A stretch of 64,000 nt of DNA, taken from contig CAYRGJ010000002.1 of NCBI GenBank assembly GCA_964423835.1, positions 104,608 through 168,607 of the forward strand. The letters run 5' to 3'. The notes beneath the pieces were generated by a model. It saw only the letters and a list, made by a program, of their open reading frames with translations. It made no database searches and was not told the origin of the DNA. Source of the stretch: an uncultured Dehalococcoidia bacterium (GTDB taxonomy: Bacteria > Chloroflexota > Dehalococcoidia > UBA2247 > RBG-13-53-26). Positions 1-9,272 of the stretch are shown in pieces. The position numbers and the translations under genes were made by a program. Position 1 is the stretch's first letter. Every line of letters begins with the position of its first letter.

Positions 1-601
1 CGGCCCGGGAGGGAAGGTCCTCACCATATGCGTCCACGATCTGGCCCAGGAGGACTACTTCCCGGGCACCGCGGTCCGCCAGGGCCCCCGCCTCTGCGCA
101 AATCTCGTCCGGCGGCCGGCTGTGGGCCCGGCCGCGCCGGAAGGGCACAATACAGTACGAGCAGAAGCTGTCGCAGCCCTGCATTACCGGGACGTACGCG
201 CTGACCGGGACCTCCCGGGGAAGCAGGGGGCCGGCCACAGCCAGGCCCGGCAGGCCGTGCTCCTCGCCCCACCGGGACAGAGTGCCCCAGTGCTGGGGGC
301 GGAAGAAGAGGTCCACCCATGGGAAGCGGTCTCGGAGGATGTCCGTCCGGGAATCCACCAGGCACCCGGTCAGGGCGATGCGGACACCAGGGCGGGACCG
401 CTTGAGGCTCTGGAGCGACCTCAGCTTGTTCACCACCCGCATCTCGGCGTGCTCCCGGACCACGCAGCTGTTCAGCACGATCAGGTCGGCCTCAGCGGCG
501 GCCGCAGCGGTGAGCCCGGCCTGCTGGAGGCAGGCGGCGATGAAGCCGGAATCGGCCTTGTTCATCTGACAGCCGACGGTCCAGATGTGAAAGCGCTTCA
601 T
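1..601 (-). CDS. miaB: MiaB-like tRNA methylthiotransferase (radical SAM), N-terminal part; the 3' end runs off the window
   Basis: Manual minus-strand translation from ATG at 601-599 gives MKRFHIWTVGCQMNKADSGF..., then the radical-SAM motif MQGCDSFCSYC. The frame is open to position 1. It is absent from the ORF track because it is truncated. Confidence 0.8.
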   Translation of the reverse strand, partial: MKRFHIWTVGCQMNKADSGFIAACLQQAGLTAAAAAEADLIVLNSCVVREHAEMRVVNKLRSLQSLKRSRPGVRIALTGCLVDSRTDILRDRFPWVDLFFRPQHWGTLSRWGEEHGLPGLAVAGPLLPREVPVSAYVPVMQGCDSFCSYCIVPFRRGRAHSRPPDEICAEAGALADRGAREVVLLGQIVDAYGEDLPSRA

Positions 602-661
602 GGCTGTTCCGGCCGGTGGCGCGTGCGGCCAACCGGGACTCGAGGCGGGTAGAGACGGTGC

Positions 662-755
662 TGGCGGAGGGAGTGGGATTCGAACCCACGACGGAGGTTG
701 AAGCCCCCGTAAGCGCTTAGCAGGCGCCCGCACTAGACCACTATGCGATCCCTCC
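662..755 (-). tRNA. tRNA-Ser (anticodon GCU), CCA encoded
   Basis: The reverse complement folds as a cloverleaf: acceptor GGAGGGA/TCCCTCC, anticodon stem GGCGC/GCGCT with loop CUGCUAA, a long variable arm ACGGGGG..CCTCCGT, T-arm GTGGG-TTCGAAT-CCCAC, and 3' GCCA. Confidence 0.93.
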
Positions 756-760
756 CATGA

Positions 761-1153
761 TCAGCCCGCGGCCGGCCCCGGGCAGACCGGCGACTCGCCC
801 TCCTGGGCGTAGTGGGCATCCCATATCTCGACCTGGGTGCCCGGGTGCTTCTCCAACAGGGCCTGCCGTATCTGGGCCCGGTCGCCCTGGTCCTCAATGA
901 TCTCTACCTCCGACGCCGGCGTGGCGCTGCCCCGGCCCCATTTATGCTTGCAGACCAGGAACCCCGGGACCTGTATGTAGCCGAACGAAGCGGTCCCGCC
1001 GCAGCACGGCCTCTCCAGCCGGCCCATCCCCATCACGTAGAGGACCTTCCGGCCGCGGTAGGGCAGGGTCAGCTCCTCGATGGCGGTGTAGAACCCGGCC
1101 CGTCCCGCCACATCTTCGCCCAGCTGGGAATGCGTGTACCTGATGACGATCAT
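761..1153 (-). CDS. hypothetical protein (130 aa)
   Basis: ATG preceded by GAGGA. Codirectional and tightly spaced with the upstream HDAC-like gene. No motif recognised. Confidence 0.6.
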   Translation of the reverse strand: MIVIRYTHSQLGEDVAGRAGFYTAIEELTLPYRGRKVLYVMGMGRLERPCCGGTASFGYIQVPGFLVCKHKWGRGSATPASEVEIIEDQGDRAQIRQALLEKHPGTQVEIWDAHYAQEGESPVCPGPAAG

Positions 1154-1205
1154 GAGGATTCCTCTGCACGTCCGGGCTTCATTATAGCATAAGCGCCCTG
1201 CACCT

Positions 1206-2054
1206 CTACTCGCACAGGGCGCCGATCACGCCCGGGATGAGCCGGCGGGCCAGGTCGCGCCGGCTGCCGCCGCAGAGCACCACGATCAGCCTGCCCGAGC
1301 ACACCGTGCCGGCCAATCGTACCAGCTCCCTGGCCACCCTCACGTGGCAGTCAGGCGTCAGGCCCATGTCCCCATACTCCCCCTGCGTCCCATCGTAGCC
1401 CCAGTTCCAGAAGATGCACTCCGGGCGGAAGTCGATGGCACGGGGAACGAACTCCTCCGTGACCAGCCCCAGGTAGCCGTCATCGGCAGCGCCCCGGGGG
1501 ACATGGATGTTCACCTTCCGGCGGCGCTCCTCCGATGCGCCCGGGCAGAGGCAGGCATACAGCAAATCCGGGTCTTCCTCGAATATGTCCCAGGTGCCGT
1601 CACCGTGGTGGGCATCGGTATCAATAATGGCCAGCCTCCTCGCCCCGAACCGGCGCCGCAGTTCCCGGATAGCGATGGCCGCTCCGTTGAGCAGGCAGCC
1701 GCCGCCGAAGAAGCTGCGGCCGGCGTGATGATCGCCGTAGCCGGTGAAGGCAAAGGCGTTGTCTATCTCGCCCAGCCAGATCCGGGCCGCCGCCGCCACG
1801 GTGCCGGCGGCGGAGTACAGGGCCCCGGCGTAGGCCCCGGTCTCCTTCACCTGCCGGACCATCAGAGGGGTGTGCACCTGCAAGAGGGCCTCCTCGGCAA
1901 TAGGCTCCAGCTCGAACGAAGACGGCGGCTTGAGCGGGCAGAAGGCATCGAAGAGGAAGACGTTGTCCCTCTCCAGGATGCCGGCCAGGGCGGCGGGGAA
2001 GTCACGCAGCCTCTCCCCGTCCTGGTAGTGAAAGAAGATGCCGGTCCGCCTCAT
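1206..2054 (-). CDS. histone deacetylase/acetoin-utilisation family (Zn-dependent deacylase), short form
   Basis: Motifs GDHHAG and IIDTDAHHGDGT, typical of the arginase/HDAC fold. Confidence 0.85.
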   Translation of the reverse strand: MRRTGIFFHYQDGERLRDFPAALAGILERDNVFLFDAFCPLKPPSSFELEPIAEEALLQVHTPLMVRQVKETGAYAGALYSAAGTVAAAARIWLGEIDNAFAFTGYGDHHAGRSFFGGGCLLNGAAIAIRELRRRFGARRLAIIDTDAHHGDGTWDIFEEDPDLLYACLCPGASEERRRKVNIHVPRGAADDGYLGLVTEEFVPRAIDFRPECIFWNWGYDGTQGEYGDMGLTPDCHVRVARELVRLAGTVCSGRLIVVLCGGSRRDLARRLIPGVIGALCE

Positions 2055-2076
2055 CGCCCGCCCGGGACGCAGGCGC

Positions 2077-2640
2077 TCATCGCTGCCCGTCCCGGGGCAG
2101 CAGGCGCTCCAGCTCCTCTATATAGACTTCGCAAGTCCGGTGGTCGAAGAGGACGAAGACCACCTCTTCGAGGGAGGTCTTCTTCTGCTGCAGGAACGCG
2201 ATGACGGTCCGTAGCGCCACCTCCGCCGCGGCGTCGATCGGGTAGCCGTAGGCGCCGGTGCTGATGGATGGGAAGGAGATGCTGGAGAGGCCCGCGGCCG
2301 CCGCCAGCGCCAGGCTTTCCCGGTAGGCGCTGGCCAGGAGCTCGGGTTCGCTGCTGTGGCCGCCGCGCCAGATCGGGCCGACGGTGTGGATGACGTGCGC
2401 CGCGCTGAGGTTGCCCCCGGTGGTCATGACCGCCTTGCCGGTGGGCAGGCGTCCCTGCTTCCTGACGATCTCCCTGCACTCCTCCAGGATGGCCGGGCCC
2501 CCGGCGCGGTGAATGGCGCCGTCCACGCCGCCACCGCCCATGAGGCCGGAGTTGGCCGCGTTGACTATGGCATCGGTCTCCTGCCGGGTAATGTCGCCCT
2601 GAATCAGAGATAGCCTCGTCTGGTTAATGATCACCTGCAT
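2077..2640 (-). CDS. macro domain protein (O-acetyl-ADP-ribose deacetylase-like)
   Basis: [38 protein letters not shown]. Start chosen at ATG 2640, which has GGAGG 6 nt upstream. The ORF-track start at 2676 lacks an RBS. Confidence 0.85.
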   Translation of the reverse strand: MQVIINQTRLSLIQGDITRQETDAIVNAANSGLMGGGGVDGAIHRAGGPAILEECREIVRKQGRLPTGKAVMTTGGNLSAAHVIHTVGPIWRGGHSSEPELLASAYRESLALAAAAGLSSISFPSISTGAYGYPIDAAAEVALRTVIAFLQQKKTSLEEVVFVLFDHRTCEVYIEELERLLPRDGQR

Positions 2641-2724
2641 CCGCAGCCTCCGTCGCCCCATTATAGTCAACCGCACCGGCGGATGCCACAGGCCCCCGAG
2701 GGGGTTTTGGCCCCGGGCTTCGCC

Positions 2725-2753
2725 TTGACAGGCAGGCCGATTTGGCTCACAAT
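2725..2753 (+). promoter_or_regulatory. sigma70-like promoter TTGACA-17-CACAAT
   Basis: TTGACA at 2725-2730 and CACAAT at 2748-2753, about 40 nt upstream of the radical SAM gene. Confidence 0.5.
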
Positions 2754-2793
2754 CTCAACTCAATAGACCGACCACGCGCGATTGGGGGGGTGG

Positions 2794-4359
2794 ATGTCAA
2801 AACGCGTTCTCCTGATAAACACGCCTTATCCGTACGAGGAGTGCCCGGTGCCCCCTCTGGGGCTGGCTTACCTGGCCGGCATTCTGCGCCGCGAGGGGGC
2901 CGAGGTCCGCATACTGGACCTGCTGATGTCCCGCTACTCGCCTGACCTGTTGAGGAGGGAGCTGGCCGGCTTTCAGCCCCAGGTCGTCGGCGCCACCTGC
3001 TCCACGGTCAATTTCAAGGCGGCGTCGCGGGTCTTGCGCCTCTGCAAGGGCTTCAACCCCGGGCTGGTCACCGTCATCGGAGGGCCGCATGCCAGCTTCG
3101 TGGCCGCCGGCCTGATCGAGAAGGCTCCCTGGATCGATGTGGTGGTCATGGGCGAAGGCGACCAGACCGTGGTGGAGCTGGTGGAGGCCCTGAGCCGGGG
3201 CAGCGGGCTGGCCGGCGTGGCCGGCGTGGCCTTCCGAAAGGATGGCCGGGCCGTGATCAACAGCCCGAGGCCGCTGATAAGGGACCTGGATAGCCTGCCC
3301 CTGCCGGCCAGGGACCTGTTGCCCATATCGAAGTACCGGGCCCTGAAGGTGCCCTGCACCGTCATCACCAGCCGTGGCTGTCCCTTCGGCTGCATCTTCT
3401 GCTCCGCTCCCAAGATGTTCGGCCGGGGCGTCCGCTACCGCGATCCCAAGCTGGTGGTGGACGAGATCGAAATGATCAACCGGGAGCTGGGGTTCCACGA
3501 GATCAATATCGTGGATGACACCTTCACCGTGAAGGAGCCCCATGTCCAGGCCATCTGCCAGGGAATACGCGACCGGGGGCTGGACATCACCTGGTCGGTC
3601 TACTCCCGGGTGGACACCATAAACCCCCGGGTGCTGAGCACCATGAAGGAGGCCGGTTGCACCTGGGTCTGCTTCGGGCTGGAGTCCGGCTCACAGAAGA
3701 TACTGGACACCATCAAGAAGCGGATCACCACCGCCAAGTCCCGGGAGGGCATCAAGATGGCCACCGAGTCCGGCCTGAACGTGCTGGCGTCCTTCATACT
3801 GGGGCTGCCCGGAGAGAACCCGGAGACCGCCGGTCAGACAGTGGGCCTGGCCAGAGAGCTCTTCGACACCTACAAGGTGAGCTATGGCTTCCACCTGCTG
3901 GCGCCCATGCCGGGCACGGAGGTCCGGGAGCGGGCCGGCGAGTACGGCATACGGATACTGACGCACGACTGGTCCCGGTACAACGCCAACCGTCCGGTGG
4001 CGGAGACGACCACCTTCAGCGCGGGCCAGATGATGGACATAGTCCACGCCTACGAGCACGAGGTTAACGAGGCCTGGGACGAGATGCAGAAGCAGGCCCG
4101 GCGCGGCGACCCCGTCCTCCGGGAACGGGTGGCCAAGGCGAACACCCAGGGGTTCGTGTGGAAGCTCCTCTCCAGCGGGGGGATAGAGCGGCTGGGCAAT
4201 ACGGGCCGCTCACAGGATGAGCTGGCCCTGGCGCTGTCCCGCGATCTGGATGTCAGCGCTGCCCTGGCTCGAGGAGAGATCAAGCGCCTGGTGGCCGACC
4301 GCAACCTGGTACGTGGGACCCTCCCAGGCAAGAAGCACCCCGTCTGGAAATGGGCCTGA
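2794..4359 (+). CDS. B12-binding-domain radical SAM protein
   Basis: N-terminal Rossmann-like MSKRVLLINTPYP..LGLAYLAGILRREGAEVRILD. Radical-SAM cluster motif SRGCPFGCIFCS. ATG at 2794 preferred over TTG at 2782. Confidence 0.85.
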   Translation: MSKRVLLINTPYPYEECPVPPLGLAYLAGILRREGAEVRILDLLMSRYSPDLLRRELAGFQPQVVGATCSTVNFKAASRVLRLCKGFNPGLVTVIGGPHASFVAAGLIEKAPWIDVVVMGEGDQTVVELVEALSRGSGLAGVAGVAFRKDGRAVINSPRPLIRDLDSLPLPARDLLPISKYRALKVPCTVITSRGCPFGCIFCSAPKMFGRGVRYRDPKLVVDEIEMINRELGFHEINIVDDTFTVKEPHVQAICQGIRDRGLDITWSVYSRVDTINPRVLSTMKEAGCTWVCFGLESGSQKILDTIKKRITTAKSREGIKMATESGLNVLASFILGLPGENPETAGQTVGLARELFDTYKVSYGFHLLAPMPGTEVRERAGEYGIRILTHDWSRYNANRPVAETTTFSAGQMMDIVHAYEHEVNEAWDEMQKQARRGDPVLRERVAKANTQGFVWKLLSSGGIERLGNTGRSQDELALALSRDLDVSAALARGEIKRLVADRNLVRGTLPGKKHPVWKWA

Positions 4360-4398
4360 CGCGGACCGGCCGCCGGCAACGCGGCTGAAAAGACCCCC

Positions 4399-4875
4399 TC
4401 AGTGCGTTTCTGCCACGGCCGCCGGTTGGAGCGAAGCGCCGGCGAAGAAGTCACCGGCCTCCATCATGAGCCTGGCCGCCTTGCTGGCCATGAACCCAAT
4501 GGCATTCAGGTGCGCGGTCAGGAGCAGCTCTCCTGACGCGCTGTGCGACGCCACCATCTGGCGCAGGCCCCGGGCCGACAGGTCGAACAGGTCGTCCAAC
4601 TCCCTGGCCCCGGACACGTAGGCCCGCAGAGACCGCCTGAGGGTCCGGCCGGCCACGCGGGCCGCCCTCGACCTCGGGTTGGGCAGCCGTCCCAGCTGGT
4701 CCACCAGGGTAGGCAACTCCTCCAGCACCTTCCCCACGGCGCCGTTAAGCTCCTCACGACAGCCCCCGGCAAAGGCATCGCTGAAAGCAGTCATGATGGG
4801 CCTGGCAGACTCGTAGAGAGGCAAGGCGCTGACCAACCAATCCTGGTCATTGATGGTCTTCTTGAAGAGGCCCAC
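4399..4875 (-). CDS. hypothetical helical protein
   Basis: GTG at 4875 is preceded by GGAGGAGGTGA. No recognisable domain. Confidence 0.55.
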   Translation of the reverse strand: MGLFKKTINDQDWLVSALPLYESARPIMTAFSDAFAGGCREELNGAVGKVLEELPTLVDQLGRLPNPRSRAARVAGRTLRRSLRAYVSGARELDDLFDLSARGLRQMVASHSASGELLLTAHLNAIGFMASKAARLMMEAGDFFAGASLQPAAVAETH

Positions 4876-5050
4876 AGTATCACCTCCTCCCCCGAAAGCG
4901 ACGCTGGTCAAGATCTCTTCATCAGGGCCCGATGCCGCCCATTATAGCACCGGCCGCGCGCCGCAATGCAAGTCGTGGCCGATTCAGGCGTTGAGACCCG
5001 GTTGGACGGGCCGAGCGCGGGATGGCCGGGCGCTGCTTGCCGCTGAAGGG

Positions 5051-6463
5051 CTACTCGCCCCGCGGCGCCCGGCAGGAGGCCGCCACGGCCAGGGCCCGGG
5101 CCGCCCGGTCGAAGGTCGGGAAGCTGGGGAGCCCCTTTTCCGCCAGCTTGCCCCGGACCGCTATGGCCTGCTCCTCCAGCTGCCCCGCCGAGACCACCAG
5201 AAGGAAGGCCTTCGAGCACCGCTCCTTGAAGCCGGCCAGGGCGGCCACCAGGTCATCGAGGTAGGACGGATGGTAGTCCCATATCTGGGACAGGAAGGGC
5301 AGCGACAGCTCCGCCACCACCGAGTCTATGTTGTCGTCGCTCCGCAGGATGTCCAGGATCCTGATGGAGTCCGTGATGGACGGCGCATGCCAGGAGGTGT
5401 CCAGCGGGTTCACGTAGGTGCCGCCGATGGTATTGAAGAAGGAAGCGAACTGGTCATACGAGGCCTGGGTGAGTAGCGGCGCGGAGAGACCGGCCCGGGT
5501 GAAGGCATCGGCTATGACCACGGACTGGCCGCCGCTCTGGGCGGCGAGGGCCACCCTGGTGCCGCGGGGCGGCCGCACGTGGAGGATGACCTTCAGGCAA
5601 TCGACCATCTCGTCCAGGCTGTCGACCCGGATGCCGCCGCACTGCTTCACCAGACTGTCCCACACCAGGGGGGCGGTGGCCATCGACCCCGTGTGAGAGG
5701 ATATGGCCCGGTAGCCCTCCTCCCCTCTGCCTCCCTTCCAGACCAGGACCGGCTTCCTGGCGGCGGCCCGGCGCAGAGAGGCGGTGAACCTGGCCCCGTC
5801 CTTCACCCCTTCCACGTAGAGGCCGATGATCTTGATGGCGTCATCGTCGGCCAGGTAGTCCAGGTAGTCCGGGCTGTCCAGGACCGCCCCGTTGCCGTAG
5901 CTGACGGACTTGCCGATGACGAGCCCGTGGCGGGCCCCGACCTGGCTGAAGAAGATGGCGTGGGTGCCGCTCTGAGAGATGAAGCCCACCGGCCCGCTCC
6001 GGCCGTGATACTGGTTGATGTCCTGCCGCACCCCCAGCGCGGGGTTGAAGATGCCCATGCAGTTGGGCCCGACGAGGTTGAAGTCCGCCTCCCGGGCCGC
6101 CTTCACCAGGGCTTGCTCCAGCGCTGCGCCATCCTGGCTGTGCGTCTCCGAGAAGCCGGAGGTGAAGAGCGATGCCGCGCCCACGCCCTTCCGGATGCAA
6201 TCCCCGATGATGCGGGGGGCCACCCCACGGGGCACTGCCACCACGACGTAGTCGATGGGGCCCGGGATATCCAGCAGGCTGGCGTAGTTCTCCACGCCGA
6301 GCTCCCGGATGCCGGGTAGCTCATGGGGATCGATCTGCACCGAGTAGAGCTTCCCGGCGAAGGTGCTCATGTTGCGCAGCCAGACGTAGCCATTGGCCGC
6401 CTTGTCCCCCACCACGGCCAGAGAGCGGGGGTTGAAGGCTCTGTGCAGCGCTTCTTTGTTCAA
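5051..6463 (-). CDS. CoA-binding / ADP-forming acetyl(acyl)-CoA synthetase alpha-like protein
   Basis: FNPRSLAVVGDKAANGYV (CoA-binding Rossmann) followed by a succinyl-CoA-synthetase-like region (GPNCMGI, SQSGT). The track ORF extends to 6760 but overlaps the upstream gene. TTG at 6463 is proposed as the start and is uncertain. Confidence 0.7.
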   Translation of the reverse strand: MNKEALHRAFNPRSLAVVGDKAANGYVWLRNMSTFAGKLYSVQIDPHELPGIRELGVENYASLLDIPGPIDYVVVAVPRGVAPRIIGDCIRKGVGAASLFTSGFSETHSQDGAALEQALVKAAREADFNLVGPNCMGIFNPALGVRQDINQYHGRSGPVGFISQSGTHAIFFSQVGARHGLVIGKSVSYGNGAVLDSPDYLDYLADDDAIKIIGLYVEGVKDGARFTASLRRAAARKPVLVWKGGRGEEGYRAISSHTGSMATAPLVWDSLVKQCGGIRVDSLDEMVDCLKVILHVRPPRGTRVALAAQSGGQSVVIADAFTRAGLSAPLLTQASYDQFASFFNTIGGTYVNPLDTSWHAPSITDSIRILDILRSDDNIDSVVAELSLPFLSQIWDYHPSYLDDLVAALAGFKERCSKAFLLVVSAGQLEEQAIAVRGKLAEKGLPSFPTFDRAARALAVAASCRAPRGE

Positions 6464-6477
6464 TGTCGCACGGGCCG

Positions 6478-7632
6478 CTACCGCGGCAGCTCGAGTCCCC
6501 TGGTGGCGATGATGTTCCGCATCACCTCCGAGGTGCCTCCGGCGATGGTGTTGAGCAGGGTCTCGCGGCTGAGGTGCTCCATGATGCCATCCATGGGCGC
6601 GCCCTTGCTGCCGTGCTGCAGCTGGCCGGACAGCCCCAGTATCTCCATTCCCCAGCCGGCGACCCGCTGCGACAGCTCGCTGGTGAAGAGCTTGGAGGCG
6701 GAGGCCTCGTAGGTGGTGACGATGCGCCTGGTCTGCATGGACGCCAGGCGATAGCTCCACAGGCGGGCTATCTCTATCTCGGCGGCGATCTCGCCTAGCT
6801 TCTGGCGGACCAGGCTGTCCTGGCGCAGCGAAGGTTGAGACTTGACATAATCAACGAGGTGCCGGAAGTTCCGGGTAAGCGTCCCCACTGTCAGGACCCG
6901 TTCGAACTCCAGGGCGCTGACAGTGTAGATGAAGCCCTTGTTCTGCTCCCCCACCAGGCACTCCCGGGGCACTACCACGTTGTCGTAGTAGACCTCATTG
7001 GTCCGTATGCCATCAAGGCCATAGAGAGGACGGACGGTGATGCCCGGGGTCTTCATGTCCACGATGAAGAGCGAAATGCCCCGGTGCTTGGGGGCGGCGG
7101 GGTCGGTCCTGGCCACTATCCAGTGGTACTGGGCGAAGTGGCACCGGGTGTTGAAGACCTTCTGGCCATTGAAGATGAAATGGTCACCCTTGTCCTCAGC
7201 CCTCATCTGCAGGCTGGCCAGGTCGGAGCCGGCCTGCGGCTCGGTGTACCCGATGGCGAGCTCGATCTCGCCCCGGGCAATCCGCGGAAGGAACTCCTTC
7301 TTCTGCTTCTCTGAGCCGTAGGCGATGATCGTTGGGCCGGCGATGTTGGCCCCCACCATGAGGGCCTCGGGCTTCAGCGCGCCGGTGAAATCGATCTCCT
7401 CGTGTATGATGAAGCGGTAGATGGGGGGCAGAGCCAGCCCGCCGTATTCCTTCGGCCAGGTGGGCGTCAGCCACTGGCGGCTGCCCAGCGCCTGCACGAA
7501 CTTCCACGTGTGCGGGCCCCAGCCCTGGCCGGAATCCGCCTCCGCGATCACCTGCGGAGTAGCCACTTCCGCGAGGAAGGCCCGGACCTCCTGTCGGAAT
7601 GCCTCCTCTTCCCTGGAAAAGCCAAACTCCAT
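6478..7632 (-). CDS. acyl-CoA dehydrogenase
   Basis: 384 aa with the typical ACAD layout (..GYTEPQAGSDLASL.., ..IAGGTSEVMRNIIA..). GAGGAGA RBS. Confidence 0.9.
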   Translation of the reverse strand: MEFGFSREEEAFRQEVRAFLAEVATPQVIAEADSGQGWGPHTWKFVQALGSRQWLTPTWPKEYGGLALPPIYRFIIHEEIDFTGALKPEALMVGANIAGPTIIAYGSEKQKKEFLPRIARGEIELAIGYTEPQAGSDLASLQMRAEDKGDHFIFNGQKVFNTRCHFAQYHWIVARTDPAAPKHRGISLFIVDMKTPGITVRPLYGLDGIRTNEVYYDNVVVPRECLVGEQNKGFIYTVSALEFERVLTVGTLTRNFRHLVDYVKSQPSLRQDSLVRQKLGEIAAEIEIARLWSYRLASMQTRRIVTTYEASASKLFTSELSQRVAGWGMEILGLSGQLQHGSKGAPMDGIMEHLSRETLLNTIAGGTSEVMRNIIATRGLELPR

Positions 7633-7803
7633 GGCGGGTGTCTCCTCTCAACAAAAACGGGCCCAAAACCCGTATCGATTCTAACGAATTCGCCGAACGC
7701 GCGCAAATGCCCGGGCCGCGCCGGTTTGGGTTCCACGGGGCCGCTGCCCCACGCGGCCAGGGACCCGCGCCAGGGCCACACGGCGGCCAGAGCGGCGCGC
7801 GCG

Positions 7804-7833
7804 TTGACAACCCCCGGCCGCCGACCCTAGAAT
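7804..7833 (+). promoter_or_regulatory. sigma70-like promoter TTGACA-18-TAGAAT
   Basis: TTGACA at 7804-7809 and TAGAAT at 7828-7833, about 30 nt upstream of birA. Confidence 0.5.
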
Positions 7834-7864
7834 CGGTTCACGCCTCCACCAGAGATCGAACGCC

Positions 7865-8611
7865 ATGGAGATCACCCTCAAAGACCTGAACACTGGCATC
7901 GTCGGCCGCAGGCTGCTGCACTACCCCTCCCTCTCCTCCAGCATGGACCTGGCCCGCGATCTGGCCGCCCAGGGCCTGGAGGAAGGCACGGTGGTCCTCT
8001 GCGATGAGCAGACCGACGGGCGCGGACGGCAGGGCCGCCGCTGGTTCGACTCGCCGTCGAGCAGCCTTCTCATGTCCGTCATCCTCCGGCCCGATTTGGA
8101 GCAGCTGCCCCAGGTCAACATGCTGGCCTCACTGGCCATCGTGCTCACCATAGAGCGCGCGGTGGGGCTGAGATCGGCGGTGAAGTGGCCCAACGACGTC
8201 CTGATCAGGGGCCGAAAGGTGGCCGGCATACTGGTGGAGAACCACTTCGCCGGCCAGGAGCTTCAGGCCTCCATCGTGGGCATCGGCCTGAACACGAGCC
8301 TGGACGTGGGCCGCCATCCCGAGATCGCCGCCATAGCCACCAGCCTCTCGGCGGAAGCCGGGCGCGACGTGCGCCGGGACGATGTCCTGCGCCTCCTGCT
8401 ACAGGAGATGGACTCCCTCTACCGGGCCGTCAGGCTGGGGGAGGACATCCACGGGCGCTGGCTGCCGTACGTGGAGACGGTGGGCCGGACGGTGCGCATC
8501 AGGTCCGGCGCGGCTACTGAGGAGGGCCTGGCCCAGTCGGTCAACGCCGACGGCAGTATCACGCTGCGCCGGGCCGACGGCAGCCTGGTCACCATGATTA
8601 CCGGAGAGTAG
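7865..8611 (+). CDS. birA: biotin--[acetyl-CoA-carboxylase] ligase
   Basis: QTDGRGRQGRRW signature and KWPNDV motif. No N-terminal HTH, so group I type. Confidence 0.85.
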   Translation: MEITLKDLNTGIVGRRLLHYPSLSSSMDLARDLAAQGLEEGTVVLCDEQTDGRGRQGRRWFDSPSSSLLMSVILRPDLEQLPQVNMLASLAIVLTIERAVGLRSAVKWPNDVLIRGRKVAGILVENHFAGQELQASIVGIGLNTSLDVGRHPEIAAIATSLSAEAGRDVRRDDVLRLLLQEMDSLYRAVRLGEDIHGRWLPYVETVGRTVRIRSGAATEEGLAQSVNADGSITLRRADGSLVTMITGE

Positions 8612-8658
8612 AAGGGAGCCCGGCCGGCCCCCTGAGAGGAAGGAGCACCAGCAAGAGC

Positions 8659-9207
8659 ATGGACGTGATGCAAGCCATCAGGGAGAGAAGAAGCGTCCGG
8701 CGCTACCGGCCGGACCCGGTGAAGCCGGAGGACCTGCAGGCGGTGCTGGAAGCGGCCCGCCTGGCGCCGTCATGGGCCAATACCCAGTGCTGGAGGTTCG
8801 TGGTGGTGCGCGACCCGGAGACCAAGGCCAGGCTGGCCGGCGCCCTGAATCCGGGCAACCCGGCCACCGCGGCCATCACCGGGGCCCCCGTGGTCATCGC
8901 GGCCTGCGCCGCGACCGGCCAGTCCGGGTACAAGCGCGGACAGGTGCAGACCGACAAGGGTGACTGGTTCATGTTCGATGTCGGCATCGCCATGCAGAAC
9001 CTGGCGCTGGCCGCGTATTCGCTCGGCCTGGGCACCGTCCATGTCGGCCTGTTGGACGCCGCCAAAGCGGCTGAGGCCCTGGGCCTGCCGCCCGGGGTCG
9101 TTTTCGTGGAGATGACGCCCCTGGGCTATCCGGATGAGCCGCCCCGCGTCATACCCCGGAAGGACATCTCCGAGATCGTCTTCTACGAAAAGTACGGCCA
9201 GAGCTAG
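8659..9207 (+). CDS. nitroreductase family protein
   Basis: IRERRSVRRY...APSWANTQCWRFVVV, the typical nitroreductase N-terminus. Confidence 0.85.
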   Translation: MDVMQAIRERRSVRRYRPDPVKPEDLQAVLEAARLAPSWANTQCWRFVVVRDPETKARLAGALNPGNPATAAITGAPVVIAACAATGQSGYKRGQVQTDKGDWFMFDVGIAMQNLALAAYSLGLGTVHVGLLDAAKAAEALGLPPGVVFVEMTPLGYPDEPPRVIPRKDISEIVFYEKYGQS

Positions 9208-9272
9208 CAGCCAGGGGCGCCTGCGGAACGCCGGGTAGCAGGGCCATGCGAAGGGCACCGGGCGCGCCACCG

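Noticed and set aside
21-652. Track ORFs 21-365 (-), 122-652 (+) and 282-569 (+).
   Set aside because: They overlap the clearly recognisable truncated miaB reading frame, which carries the radical-SAM CxxxCxxC motif. Their translations are low-complexity.
6464-6760. N-terminal 99-aa extension of the acyl-CoA-synthetase-like ORF.
   Set aside because: It overlaps the 3' end of the acyl-CoA dehydrogenase gene and has a His/Arg-rich, non-protein-like composition. The conserved CoA-binding domain begins right after the proposed TTG at 6463.
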